From NCBI GenBank assembly GCA_029953675.1, contig JAMWBK010000004.1, positions 124,001 through 188,000 on the forward strand: DNA of 64,000 nt. Reading direction: 5' to 3'. Position numbers and translations under genes: made by a program. Origin of the DNA: Rhodosorus marinus CCMP1338 (taxonomy: Eukaryota; Plantae; Rhodophyta). The notes beneath the pieces were generated by a model. That model had not been told where the DNA came from. It did no database searches and saw only the letters and a program-made list of their open reading frames with translations. Position 1 is the stretch's first letter; every line of letters begins with the position of its first letter. Positions 20,977 through 31,380 of this stretch are shown here, one piece after another.

Positions 20977-22205
20977 TGGCGCATGAATGCCGCTTTGATC
21001 TTGTCCTGTACTAGTCTCCCCGAAACCGTTCAACCCCGTCTTCCTGACTGGCGAGCTGTATTTGACCGCTCTCGAGGCTCCGCCCCGGGGATTCGTCCTG
21101 CGCCTGAACCTGTTCTCGGGGAGGTTGACCCAGTGGTTGCCGCAGAAGAAGAAGTTCCAGTTGATCCTCCTGATGATTCCCATCGCGCTGGGAGCCGAGC
21201 TCAAGCACGCACGGATGCGCTGCAAAATATCCTTTCTTGGGACTTGCACCGTGCTGCATATGGCCGACTCCTCGCGCAGATGGTCTCATCTTCTCGCGCT
21301 CGCGCCCGCCTACGTAGTCTTGGAGGGGTTATTAGCTCTCAGTGGCTCATGACAGAACCAGCCTTTCCGCCACTCACACTGTCGGATTTCGAAGTGCGTA
21401 GTTCACTGCGCTTATACCTCGGCTTACATCAGCCCCCTTGGCCGTACGATATGGGTTCGTCGTGCCCTCTCTGCTCTCAGACTGAAGACAACGCAGATTT
21501 TGGCGCCCACCTGCTCGCTAGTTGCCCGGTGGTGAAAGGTGCTCGAACCCGCCGCCATACACGGATCTTGAACCTGTTATACTGGGAACTTCGGCCTATA
21601 GTCCGGCAAGCCGGTCTGGAAATCGAACGTGAGAAACCTTTACCCGTCGCGGACTTTCAAAATGATGAACGCCGTGTAGCCGACCTGGTGATCACCTGTG
21701 ACGACAGTCGCCGTACCACATACGTTGATCTTGCTGTTCCTAACCCTCAAGCTAGTCGTTATCTCCCGGCTGCGGGGGAGCGCCGTGGATCTGCCGCCGC
21801 CAGCATGGGACGCCGCAAAGAGATCAAATACGCGGGGGCTTTGTCTTCCCCTGGTGTTCGTGCTTCGGCACTAGCACATCGCTTGGTACCCCTGATCATT
21901 GAGTGCTTTGGGTTCATGGACTCTGTTGGTTCTCGCTGGCTTCGGGAGTTGTTCCGCGACCGTCTTCAATCGTTGTTTACCCGCTTAAGTTTCCTGCTGT
22001 GGCGCATGAATGCCGCTTTGATGTTGGAGGCGCGAGTACTTCGCCGCGCTTAGTCTTTTTTTCCCCTCGGGGTTTTTTTTTTCAGCCTCCGATTAAACCA
22101 TTCGTTCGTCGATGTTGGAGGCGCGAGTTCTTCGCCGCACTTAGTCTTTTTTTCCCTCGGGGTTTTTTCTTTCAGCCTCCGATTAAACCATTCGTTCGTT
22201 CGTTC
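20977..22205 (+). mobile_element. Nested family B pair: a 1.1-kb copy inside a short 3' fragment, with an outer 9-bp TSD
   Basis: TSD GATAAACTG at 20968-76 and 22206-14. The outer fragment ...GCCGCTTTGAT (to 20999) resumes as GATGTTGGAGG at 22111. The inner RLE ORF lies at ~21004-22053. Confidence 0.92.
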
Positions 22206-22291
22206 GATAAACTGAAGGAAGGATAGTAGAAGGGGACGTAAGCCTCGAAAAAGAAAGTCAGGAAGCCATTTTAAACGCAATAGAGAAGCGG

Positions 22292-22837
22292 ATGAAGGAT
22301 GCACCCTTCGACCGTTATCATTCGTTTCTCGGATGCTTGATCCCCGTACTAACGTCAACGGACGGTAAAGCAGAAGCGACTCCTAAGCATCTACGAAAGC
22401 AAATGGCTGACTTGGAAACGACTCTGACTATAGCGAAATCAAACTTCAAAGTTCGGGTCGTTGGGAGCGGGCGGGATTTCGCTATGCACGAAGTAACCGT
22501 AAACTTTAAATTGCTAACGTCAAAAGGTAGAAGAAGAATAAAGCTACGAATTCTGGGTACAAGTAAAACCGCCAGTGATATCGAGCTTGTACCGGGGTGT
22601 CGCTCGGCCTTCTTACCTTTGAGAGTCTCGGCAATGAACGGTGTAAAATTGGTGAGATTTCCTTACTTTTATCGCGGCGGTAGGAGTGGTCACTGGTTCT
22701 ATCAAAGTGATCATAGTCACTATGATAAAACCACTCGATGCATCAGGACTGTGAACTGCTCCGGCCTCGCCGCTCAGATCGCAATCAATTTATTTTTAGA
22801 AAATGAGTTCGCACTGTGGAAAATCAATGGAATGTGA
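22292..22837 (+). CDS. Orphan ORF, 181 aa, function unknown
   Basis: ATG-initiated, complex composition, frame open from ~22212. No motif recognised. Confidence 0.35.
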   Translation: MKDAPFDRYHSFLGCLIPVLTSTDGKAEATPKHLRKQMADLETTLTIAKSNFKVRVVGSGRDFAMHEVTVNFKLLTSKGRRRIKLRILGTSKTASDIELVPGCRSAFLPLRVSAMNGVKLVRFPYFYRGGRSGHWFYQSDHSHYDKTTRCIRTVNCSGLAAQIAINLFLENEFALWKINGM

Positions 22838-23207
22838 ACATTCCATTAGTGGTGGTGGTGGTGGTTTTACTAACAGTAAACAGTAAATCCACAAATGCGA
22901 ACATTCGATTGAAATCAGAGTTAGTCCAAAAATCAATCATCTCCGGACCAGTCATTGCTTGCAACACATGATTACTTCTTGGTAATGAGAAGCTCTCTCT
23001 CACAGCATGATTACGTCTCGGCATGAGAAGCTGTCACTATCATGTAATGAATCATGATTACTTCTGAAATGCCGGGCTGTCATGACATTGCTTGGGGGCG
23101 ATAGACTTGGAGTAGAACAATCGCAACAAATGCCGGAACGTAATTGTGTGGTTAGCAGACCATCTATCGGACAAACCCTCTCTGTTTATTTCTATTGCGG
23201 TTGGAAA

Positions 23208-23459
23208 AACTTGTATCGGACCGAGATCCGCAGCAACTACGCTTCTGTTTTTCTAAATGCGGATCAGATAAACTTGTAGCGGAGTGAGATCCGCAGCAAC
23301 TACGCTTCTGTATTTCTAAATGCGGATCCGATAAACTTGTATCGGACTGAGATCCGCAACGAGTACGCTTCTGTACTTCTAAATGCGGATCCGATAAACT
23401 TGTATCGGACTGAGATCCGCAGCAAGTACGCTTCTGTATTTCTAAATGCAGATCCGCTC
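23208..23459 (+). repeat. 63-bp tandem repeat, 4 units (NLYRTEIRSNYASVFLNADPI), with a stop in unit 2
   Basis: AACTTG starts fall at 23208, 23271, 23334 and 23397. Confidence 0.95.
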
Positions 23460-24471
23460 CTAAACGTTTACCAGGCCGCTCGATACTTATTTACCGCACG
23501 CAATCGGGCGTTCGTTTGTCGGACGGATATGACAACCCTATGCAAGCGTACAAAAAAATCTTTCCTAATCATGATCCGGAACTACTGAGAGTTGGTTTGG
23601 AAAAGGCGGACTACGTACTAAATTTCTGTCCGCCCACTGTGGACATTCTTTTATCGGACGGAGATGATATCCTTAATTGGGTGTACGAAACACATAATCA
23701 TCATCAGGAAGTACTGAGATTAGTTTTTTTAGAAGAGAACGGAGTCTGGAAGTTTAGTATCTAAACTTTTTCGGTCTAAGGTAGTAAAGTCCAGTATAAG
23801 CCAGTCTGCGCAAAAAATTGAATTGCGCTAGAAAGTTATGCAGCGTATAGTAAACGAGAGATTCCTAATGCCGGCTGCCATCAAAACTCTCTAATGAGCA
23901 CTGACTGCTACAGTTAGGAGCGTCAGGCAGTGTGGAGGTGACATTTTTGAACCAATTCATCGACACCCCCTAATTCGTTTGTGTCAAGCACACCGAAATG
24001 AACTAATTTTGCTTTTCAATTGTCACTCACCTCCCCTCAGAAACCCGATGGTGACGGCCAGCAGCGTCAGGCAGTGTGGGAGTCCTCAGGTCATTGCCCC
24101 GGGCGGAACGAGGTATATATCTCCGCCGAGGAATTATATGATTTCCGCGGCTGACATGCGCTTAATTTTTTTTTTGTTTTATCAAATTTGGGACACTACA
24201 GAGCCTTACGAGTGGACCCCATAGTCGCGACCTCGCCAGAATACCCGTTCACCATGTCCACAGTCTTTGCGCGGAAACGTCGTCTGGGGTTATAAGTAGA
24301 GCGGCGCAGACTAGATGCTGGGATGGGCTGAATAAGGGATATATGACAAGTCATATATTGCTAGAAGCGGGGATTGTGATAAGCGCTGAGAACTGAGTTT
24401 GGAGAGGAGTGAAAGAGTTTGTAGACCATCGGTAGAAGTTGATTATAACTTGTAGAAAGATCGGATTGAAC

Positions 24472-25029
24472 ATGATGAAATTGAATGCTTTCATTCTGGT
24501 CATCTTACTAGGGTTCACAATGGCGGTTCCATTGGTGCAGAAAGTTCATCTTGCTAAGAGAGTACACGCAGATGTTGAGGTTCCCGCACATCGAGAAGCC
24601 GCGGTTGAGGTTGAGGAGCGGGTAGCCCGGGTTCAGGTTGGGAAGGCCGGTGTTGAGGCTGAAATTGAACAGCCCATAGCACACGTTCAGGTTGAGAAGG
24701 CCAGAGCCGAGTTTGAGGTTCAGGAGGCTGTAGCCCGCCTTGGAGTTGTGGAGGCCGGAGATATGATCTGGGGTGCAGGGGACGCAGACGGCGAGATCGA
24801 GGAGGCCGTAGCCCGCCTTGGAGTTGTGGAGGCCGGAGATATGATCTGGAGTGCAGGGGACGCAGACGGCGAGATCGAGGAGGCCGTAGCCCGCCTTGGA
24901 GTTGTGGAGGCCGGAGATATGATCTGGAGTGCAGGGGACGCAGCCGGCGAGATCGAGGAGGCCGTAGCCCGCCTTGACGAGACCGGACTTCTCATCTGGG
25001 GTGAAGGGGACGCAGCCGGCGAGATCTAG
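24472..25029 (+). CDS. Secreted acidic repeat protein, paralog 2 (185 aa; stop probably premature)
   Basis: Signal peptide MMKLNAFILVILLGFTMA and 26-aa repeats EEAVARLGVVEAGDMIWSAGDADGEI. The TAG at 25027 replaces GAG at the start of repeat unit 5. Confidence 0.75.
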   Translation: MMKLNAFILVILLGFTMAVPLVQKVHLAKRVHADVEVPAHREAAVEVEERVARVQVGKAGVEAEIEQPIAHVQVEKARAEFEVQEAVARLGVVEAGDMIWGAGDADGEIEEAVARLGVVEAGDMIWSAGDADGEIEEAVARLGVVEAGDMIWSAGDAAGEIEEAVARLDETGLLIWGEGDAAGEI

Positions 25030-25150
25030 GAGGCCGTAGCCCGCCTTGGAGTTGAGGAGGCCGGAGATATCATATGGGGTGAAGGGGACGGAGCCGGCGA
25101 GATCTACGAGGCCGTAGCCCGCCTTGACGAGACCGGACTTCTCATCTGGG
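24721..25150 (+). repeat. 78/72-bp coding minisatellite, ~6 units
   Basis: Units start at 24721, 24799, 24877, 24955, 25027 and 25105. Confidence 0.92.
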
Positions 25151-25415
25151 GTTGGAAGGAGCCGGCGTTGAGGTTGCGGAGGCCGGAGCCGCCATTAGAG
25201 TTCCAGTATATAATCCGTTGTAATTATGGATATAACTAGAGTGAATCTGTTAACCGATTATCCTAGGTTGTTCTAGTGATGTCCCGCGAGCTTAAGCTGC
25301 TCGTATACGTAACCTAATAAAATCATATTCTTTGCAAATATTTTTTGAGCGAACAATGGACAGGTGGTTTGACTGGCTTCATTGGCTTGGCTATACTGGG
25401 CTAAAATGGCATAGA

Positions 25416-25693
25416 CTGGGCTTTACTAGCATAGCCTGAAGCGCTACGCAAGGCGTGAAAAGGAACTAAGAACTAGGGAGGGAAGCGTGCAAACCCAGGC
25501 GCCGATGGGGCGCCTCGGCAAGCATGCTGCTAGAATATCGCCACAGGGCGGCACTCAAACGCCGTAAAAGCGCCAAGTACTCAGCAGGATGCTCAGCGAA
25601 ACATTTCTACAACCACTCTGAACCCGACTTATTCACATGACACTGGCTTTATTAGCATAGCGCTTTAGGCTATGCTAAGCCAGTGTCATGTGA
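25416..25693 (-). mobile_element. Family A 3' fragment capped by a fold-back of a second 3' end
   Basis: 3' UTR and RLE C-terminus to ~25640, then the 61-bp palindrome at 25633-25693. Confidence 0.9.
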
Positions 25694-26329
25694 TTCCCTC
25701 GCGGCGGCGTACGATCATCTCCGCACACTGACATCCCTAGTCGGTCTCGAGTCAATCATGGGGTTATGTTAGTCTGGGGTTCAGCGTCGTCTGTCGCCAA
25801 GGACGACTAGGCGAATCCAGAAGCTCGCAGAGGCTCGAAGACTCCGCTACGAAAACAGCAGAAGAACACTGAAGGCCCTCAAGGTATAGTTGGTTCCATG
25901 AGGAGCCGATGCAGCGCCATTCGCCGGCCTTAAGACCAGAGAAATGTGGCACAACCCACCAAGCGCCAGAAGGCACCTGATGAGGATCTCCAGACCGGCT
26001 CCCCCCCTGCGAATATGCAGCAAATGAACAGCTGATCCAACGAGTATAATCCAAGTAGGGTTGTGCAGGAAATAAATAGCCCCCCCGGGCCGGGGAATAT
26101 AGGTTTGCCCACGCCGGTAGAATATAAAAATTTCAAAGCACCGGGAGGTGGAATTAAACCCCCCCCCCCCAAAAAGACCTTGTTTCGCGGGTTTACGCAC
26201 ACACAACCCTGCTGAGACATGAAATACAACCTTGGCGCAGGATTACTCGAGACGCACCGCGTTTGTTCCAAAGAGTTTTCTTGAGGACAACCAGTATTCA
26301 TGCGTCCTTGTTTTTCCCATCGAACGAAT

Positions 26330-26625
26330 GGTTTTTCCCATCGGGGTTTTTTCTTCGGTCTCCGATTAAACCAATTCAGTCATACGGCACAGCAAGAAAC
26401 TTAACGTGTAAACAACGAGGAAGAGACGGTCGAACGAATGGTTTAATCGGAGGCTGAAAAAAAAACCCCGAGGGGAAAAAAAGACTAAGCGCGGCGAAGT
26501 ACTCGCGCCTCCAACATCAAAGCGGCATTCATGCGCCACAGCAGGAAACTTAAGCTGGTAAACAACGATTGAAGACGGTCAGGGCGTTCGCGGAACAACT
26601 CCCGAAGAGACGGTCAGGGCGGCCG
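26330..26625 (-). mobile_element. Cluster of short family B 3' fragments
   Basis: A young minus-strand 3' end at 26431-26607 is abutted by diverged pieces. A plus-strand diverged UTR lies at ~26330-26380. Confidence 0.8.
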
Positions 26626-28094
26626 GATAGTAATGTAGTTACGCACGGATGGCTTCTGTGCACTACTAAATGTTGGTTGGAAAGAGTGTTCTTGGGAGCG
26701 AAATGGGTTGTAATGTGCGTCCATTAAAAAACGTCCTTTTGCGTCAGGTGAATATCGGACCTGTATTTAGTAATAATAGGCTGGAGTTTCTGTGGAGTCA
26801 GGACGGGACCTGAATAGAAAAGAGAAAATAGGCTTCGTCCGTTAAATGGTCCGCCAACGACCGAATTGCGTCCGATATTTTTCAATGATTTTTTCATCTT
26901 TTTCGTTCCAGTGGTCGTTTGCCGACTCGACTAAGGTTTGATTTTCACCAATATGATATGATTTCCTTTTCAGTGGACTCCGAAAAGTGGGTTTTGCTTG
27001 CTCAACCAATACTATGACAGACTGTCTATTTCAGAAGTAATCATGATTCATTGCATGATAATGGCAGTTCGCCAGTCAAGAAGTAATCATGATTCATGAT
27101 ATACGAGTAAGAGGGCTTGTGCATCTAAGAAGAAATCATAATTCAGTATTTTGACCAGAGATGATTGATTATACGCTAACGTTGATTGAATATCGGACGA
27201 TTTATCGGACCCATTAAGCGGACGTTTTTGGGAATATTTTCAATCAGATACCCAGTAAATGTATACTGATTTTCAATATCCTATCCACTTGGAAATTTAT
27301 AGGACCGTCCGATACCGACGGCCCATGACAACAATACACAACCTAAATTTATACGTTTTTGCGTTATTGTGTCCATTTCAAACTTCATCGGACCGTGCGA
27401 TGAAGGTTTTTTGACGGCCTACGACAGACTAAGTGGATCCTATTTTTGGATACGTTCTAGATGAGACACTGCAGGGGGGTTTTGCGCAGAATGAAGCGTC
27501 GAATAAGGCTATGGAAACGAGGACTAGCTTCTATGCTTAAGTCGGAGTCGCATCTTCTAGTAGAAGGGTGGTTGGAAGTAAAGGGTGGTGGCCTTATTAA
27601 CGTGAAATGAGCTAGCAAGCATTCAGTCACTGTGAGAGAGAAGTCCAGGAAAAATCTCTTATTCTGGAGCGGCAACTCGGGAACGGCTCGGGATTGAGAG
27701 ATATTCCTGACAGTGTCGGACATTATCATAAACATTTCTGTCCTTCAATCTCCGAGTATAGCACATTCACTGCAAAGGAGAATTCTACGAGAAATCCCTG
27801 GTTCTAGAGCGCCATCTTAGGGACGGCTCGAGGATGGCAGGAGATTTACGGTAGTTGACATTGGATCTATCACTACTATAGAACTCTCTTTTTCAGTCTC
27901 CAAAACACATTCCTTCACCTTATAGATTATTCTAGGAAAAAAGCAGAGCCGCAGCTTAACGAGTAGCAAACACTGCCCGAATAATATATAGAACAAATGA
28001 ATATATTGTATAAGCCAATAGAAATTGTATAAGTGAAATTTGAAGTAGCCAATAGTTGTTCGACTCGGGGATGGACAGAGATAGCGGAAATTTG

Positions 28095-28460
28095 GCATTC
28101 AGGCTCACAGTGTTTGCCGGCTGCGGGAGAGCACCGTGGACTTGCCCCTGCCACTTTGAGACTTCGCAAAGAAATGAAATAGGAGGGGGCTTTGCCTGCC
28201 CCAGGAATTTGTGCTTCGACTTAGCTCATCGCCTGGTACCTCAGGTCATTGATTGTTATGGGTTTATGGATTCCATTGGTTCGCGTTGGCTTCGAGAGTA
28301 GTTCCGCGAACGCCCCGACCGTCTCTTCTCGTCTTTTACCCGTCTAAATTAACTTCTGTGGCGTATGAACGCTGCTTTGCTGTTGTAGGGGCGCAATCTT
28401 CGCTGCGCGCGGTCTTCTTTTTCGCTCTGGTGTTTTCTTCAATCTCGGAACACTCATTCA
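28095..28460 (+). mobile_element. Old, diverged family B RLE/3' fragment
   Basis: LPAAGEHRG...LAHRLVPQVIDCYGFMDSIGSRWLRE*FRERPDRL, followed by a T-rich UTR. Confidence 0.8.
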
Positions 28461-28824
28461 ATTGACCGTGTGTCTGACACTACTATAGAATTTTCGTTTT
28501 TTCAGTCTGGGATTGAATGCGCATTTATTCACTATAAAAGAGAATTTTAGGTACAAATCCCTGGTTCTAACGCGGCAGCTTTGGGACGGCTCGGGATGGA
28601 GAATGATTTCTGGTGACTGACAGTCGGACCGGTGGTAGAATATGAGAAAACAGATTCCAAAGTCGAATTCTGCTGCTGAGAACTCACGCGAGCCGTCCGC
28701 GTCCATAGCTGATTGTCCGGATTAAGTTTCAAGCTGTCCTGTGCTGTGTCAGATGTTTGACGCAGATACTCAGGATCGTTGGTTGCTTACTACAATGCCA
28801 TCATGATAGTTAGTCCATGCAAAA

Positions 28825-29620
28825 CGCGAGAGAACGGAGGTTTTGCGTGCGAGAGCAACCCCACCGCACACTCTTGATGGCCCTCGAATCATCATTCACC
28901 GACTACCCGTGTTTTACTGACCATCTGCTCGATATCTGGTACGCCTACACCAATCAAGTGTCGCCCTCTGGCGACATGCTAACCTGAAGCGCTACGCGGG
29001 GCGTAGAAAGGAACTAGGAACTAATTTGCTGTTAGCAGCGTGATTGCAGAGGTGCGCGACCACCGCATGGACTGCCCGCATTTCTCCCTAGTTCCTAAGA
29101 GGCCCTTGTTTGATTGTTTGGAAAGCACTACCGTAAGCAGCTGTAAGGCATTGTTCTGCATTTTTCTTCCACCAAAGCGTCAGATACCAGGAGATCTGCG
29201 AAGCAAGGGGGAGAGCGAAATGGCACGGGCTGATTCGCAGTTAGTGGTTTGCTACCGAAACATCACACGCTTAACTATCGTTAGTCCACGAAAAGCGGGA
29301 GAGAGCGGGGGTTTTGCTTGCAAAAAAACAATCAACAACCACCACCCACTCTTGATGGTAGCTTTTTTCCCTCGAATTGTTTTCGAGTCGCAGCTAAACC
29401 GTATTTTCGTGCCCATCCTGCTCAATATCTGGTGCGCCTACACCGCTTAAGTGTCGCTTTTTGGCGATGCTAGCCAAAAGCGCTTTGTAGGGCGTAAAAG
29501 GTAACTAAGAACTAATTGCTGCTAGCAGCGTGTTCGCAGAGTCACTCCACCACTGCCTGGACTTCTCAGCGCTTCCCCCTAGTTCCTGAGGGGCCCTTGT
29601 TTGAATGTTTGGAAAGCTGC
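28825..29620 (+). repeat. Two diverged tandem units of a rearranged A-like 3' end
   Basis: ~28825-29087 aligns with ~29295-29617. Each unit has A-like coding sequence to TGGCGA, an inverted A 3' UTR, then the rest of the coding end. Confidence 0.7.
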
Positions 29621-29682
29621 GGAATGGTGTTCCCCTTTCCAGTGAAGTAGAGGTTTGTGATCGATGCGCGACAATGATCCCT

Positions 29683-30897
29683 TTATAAGAACGATAAAGT
29701 AGAGTCGACTACCAACGTGCGCTGGGGGAAGGAGACATGGGAAGGGTAAAGTGTGAAGAGTAAAACCTGTATTTGCAAGTTTAAAGCCATGGAAATGAAG
29801 CTGGTTAGACGAGCTTTAGTGGCCTTGTTGCCGTTCGTGGTATGCACGGTTGTTTCTGGGGCAGTGGCTGGCGCAGCGGCTGGGGCTGCGGTGGTTGGTG
29901 GGATGATGCCAACGGTGGTTCCTGTAGCAGCGGCTGGAGCGGCGGCCGGAGCGGCGCTACCAACTGTACCACCCACAGTTGGGGGGACGTTACCTACTGA
30001 CGCTGCTGTGGTTGGTGGGATTCCACCAACTGACGCTGCTGTGGTTGGTGGGATTCCACCAACTGACGCTGCTGTGGTTGGTGGGATTCCACCAACTGAC
30101 GCTGCTGTGGTTGGTGGGATTCCACCAACTGACGCTGCTGTGGCTGGTGGGATTCCACCAACTGACGCTGCTGTGGTTGGTGGGATCCCCCCAACTGACG
30201 CTGCTGCGGTTGGTGGGATCCCCCCAACTGACGCTGCTGCGGTTGGTGGGATCCCCCCAACTGACGCTGCTGCGGTTGGTGGGATCCCCCCAACTGACGC
30301 TGCTGTGGTTGGTGGGATCCCCAACTGACGCTGCTGCGGTTGGTGGGATCCCCCCAACTGACGCTGCTGCGGTTGGTGGGATCCCCCCAACTGACGCTGC
30401 TGCGGTTGGTGGGATCCCCCCAACTGACGCTGCTGTGGTTGGTGGGATCCCCCCAACTGACGCTGCTGTGGTTGGTGGGATCCCCCCAACTGACGCTGCT
30501 GTGGTTGGTGGGATCCCCCCAACTGACGCTGCGGCGGTTGGTGGGATCCCCCCAACTGACGCTGCGGCGGTTGGTGGGATCCCCCCAACTGACGCTGCGG
30601 CGACGGTGGGGGCAGGTGCTCGGGCAGCAGCTGGGTCAGCGGCTGGAGCGGCGCTACCAACTGTACCACCCGCAATTGGAGGGACATTACCAACTGAGAT
30701 TGCCGCGGTTAGTTGAAGGATACCAACTGAGACTGCCGCGGCCGAGAGGGACACTAGCAGCTGAGGCTGCAGCGGCGACGGCAGTAGCTCGAGCAGTGCC
30801 TGAGTCAGCGGCTAGAGCGGCGGCTTGAGCGACCAACTTTACCACCCGCAGTTGGGGACACTACCAATTGACACAGCGGCGGTTTATTTCTATTCAT
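29683..30897 (-). pseudogene. Frameshifted Ala/Pro/Thr/Gly-rich mucin- or AGP-like repeat gene; strand uncertain
   Basis: The minus strand gives SAAPAAAPAAATGTT and (ASVGGIPPTTA)n with a hydrophobic C-terminus, and several frameshifts. The plus strand is also open, with a signal-like start. Confidence 0.45.
29997..30612. repeat. 33-bp quasi-palindromic minisatellite, 18 full units plus one partial
   Basis: Unit CTGACGCTGCTG(T/C)GGTTGGTGGGAT(T/C)CC(A/C)CCAA. Unit 10 (30294) lacks 2 C. Confidence 0.97.
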
Positions 30898-31057
30898 AGA
30901 TGTTTCTGTTGATTATCAAAATGGACGGAATTACTGGCATAGGCTGAAGGAGCGATATGCTCAAAACGTAATTTACTTTGAACAAATTTATTGCTGAAAT
31001 AAATCGTACTATATTGGTAGAACTACCACTTGGATGGATGGATTAACCACCATAGTC

Positions 31058-31321
31058 GCTGAGCGACACTTAAACGGCTTAGGAATCCCAGGTATTCAAC
31101 CGGATGGTCAGTAAAACATTTCCAAACCACTCCGAGCTGGACACTTACAGATGCCCAAAGCTTTTCACAATGAGAGGTTGGAACCTGTGACAACGGCCAT
31201 ATGCACACTGGATACTGGCCATGCTCTCACTGAGAGTCTCAGCATACCGTCGTTTCTTCAGTCGGCGAAGTACAGAAGCTGCTGCCTCCCGGCGAAGAGC
31301 GGCGGAGGGGAGTAGGTACTT
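31058..31321 (-). mobile_element. Diverged A-like RLE C-terminal fragment
   Basis: YLLPSAALRREAAASVLRRLKKRRYAE...HRFQPLIVKSFG. Confidence 0.75.
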
Positions 31322-31380
31322 AACACTGGACTGGACTTTACTAGCATAGCCTGAAGCGCTACGCAAGGCGTGAAGATGAA

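Noticed and set aside
23208-23459. CRISPR-like array (63-bp period)
   Set aside because: The whole unit is repeated with only point changes, so there are no spacers.
25764-26301. Membrane protein gene from overlapping minus-strand ORFs
   Set aside because: No ATG start, motif or consistent splice model could be supported.
29997-30612. CRISPR-like array (33-bp palindromic repeats)
   Set aside because: Units are directly adjacent with no unique spacers, there are no cas genes, and the context is eukaryotic. It is a minisatellite.
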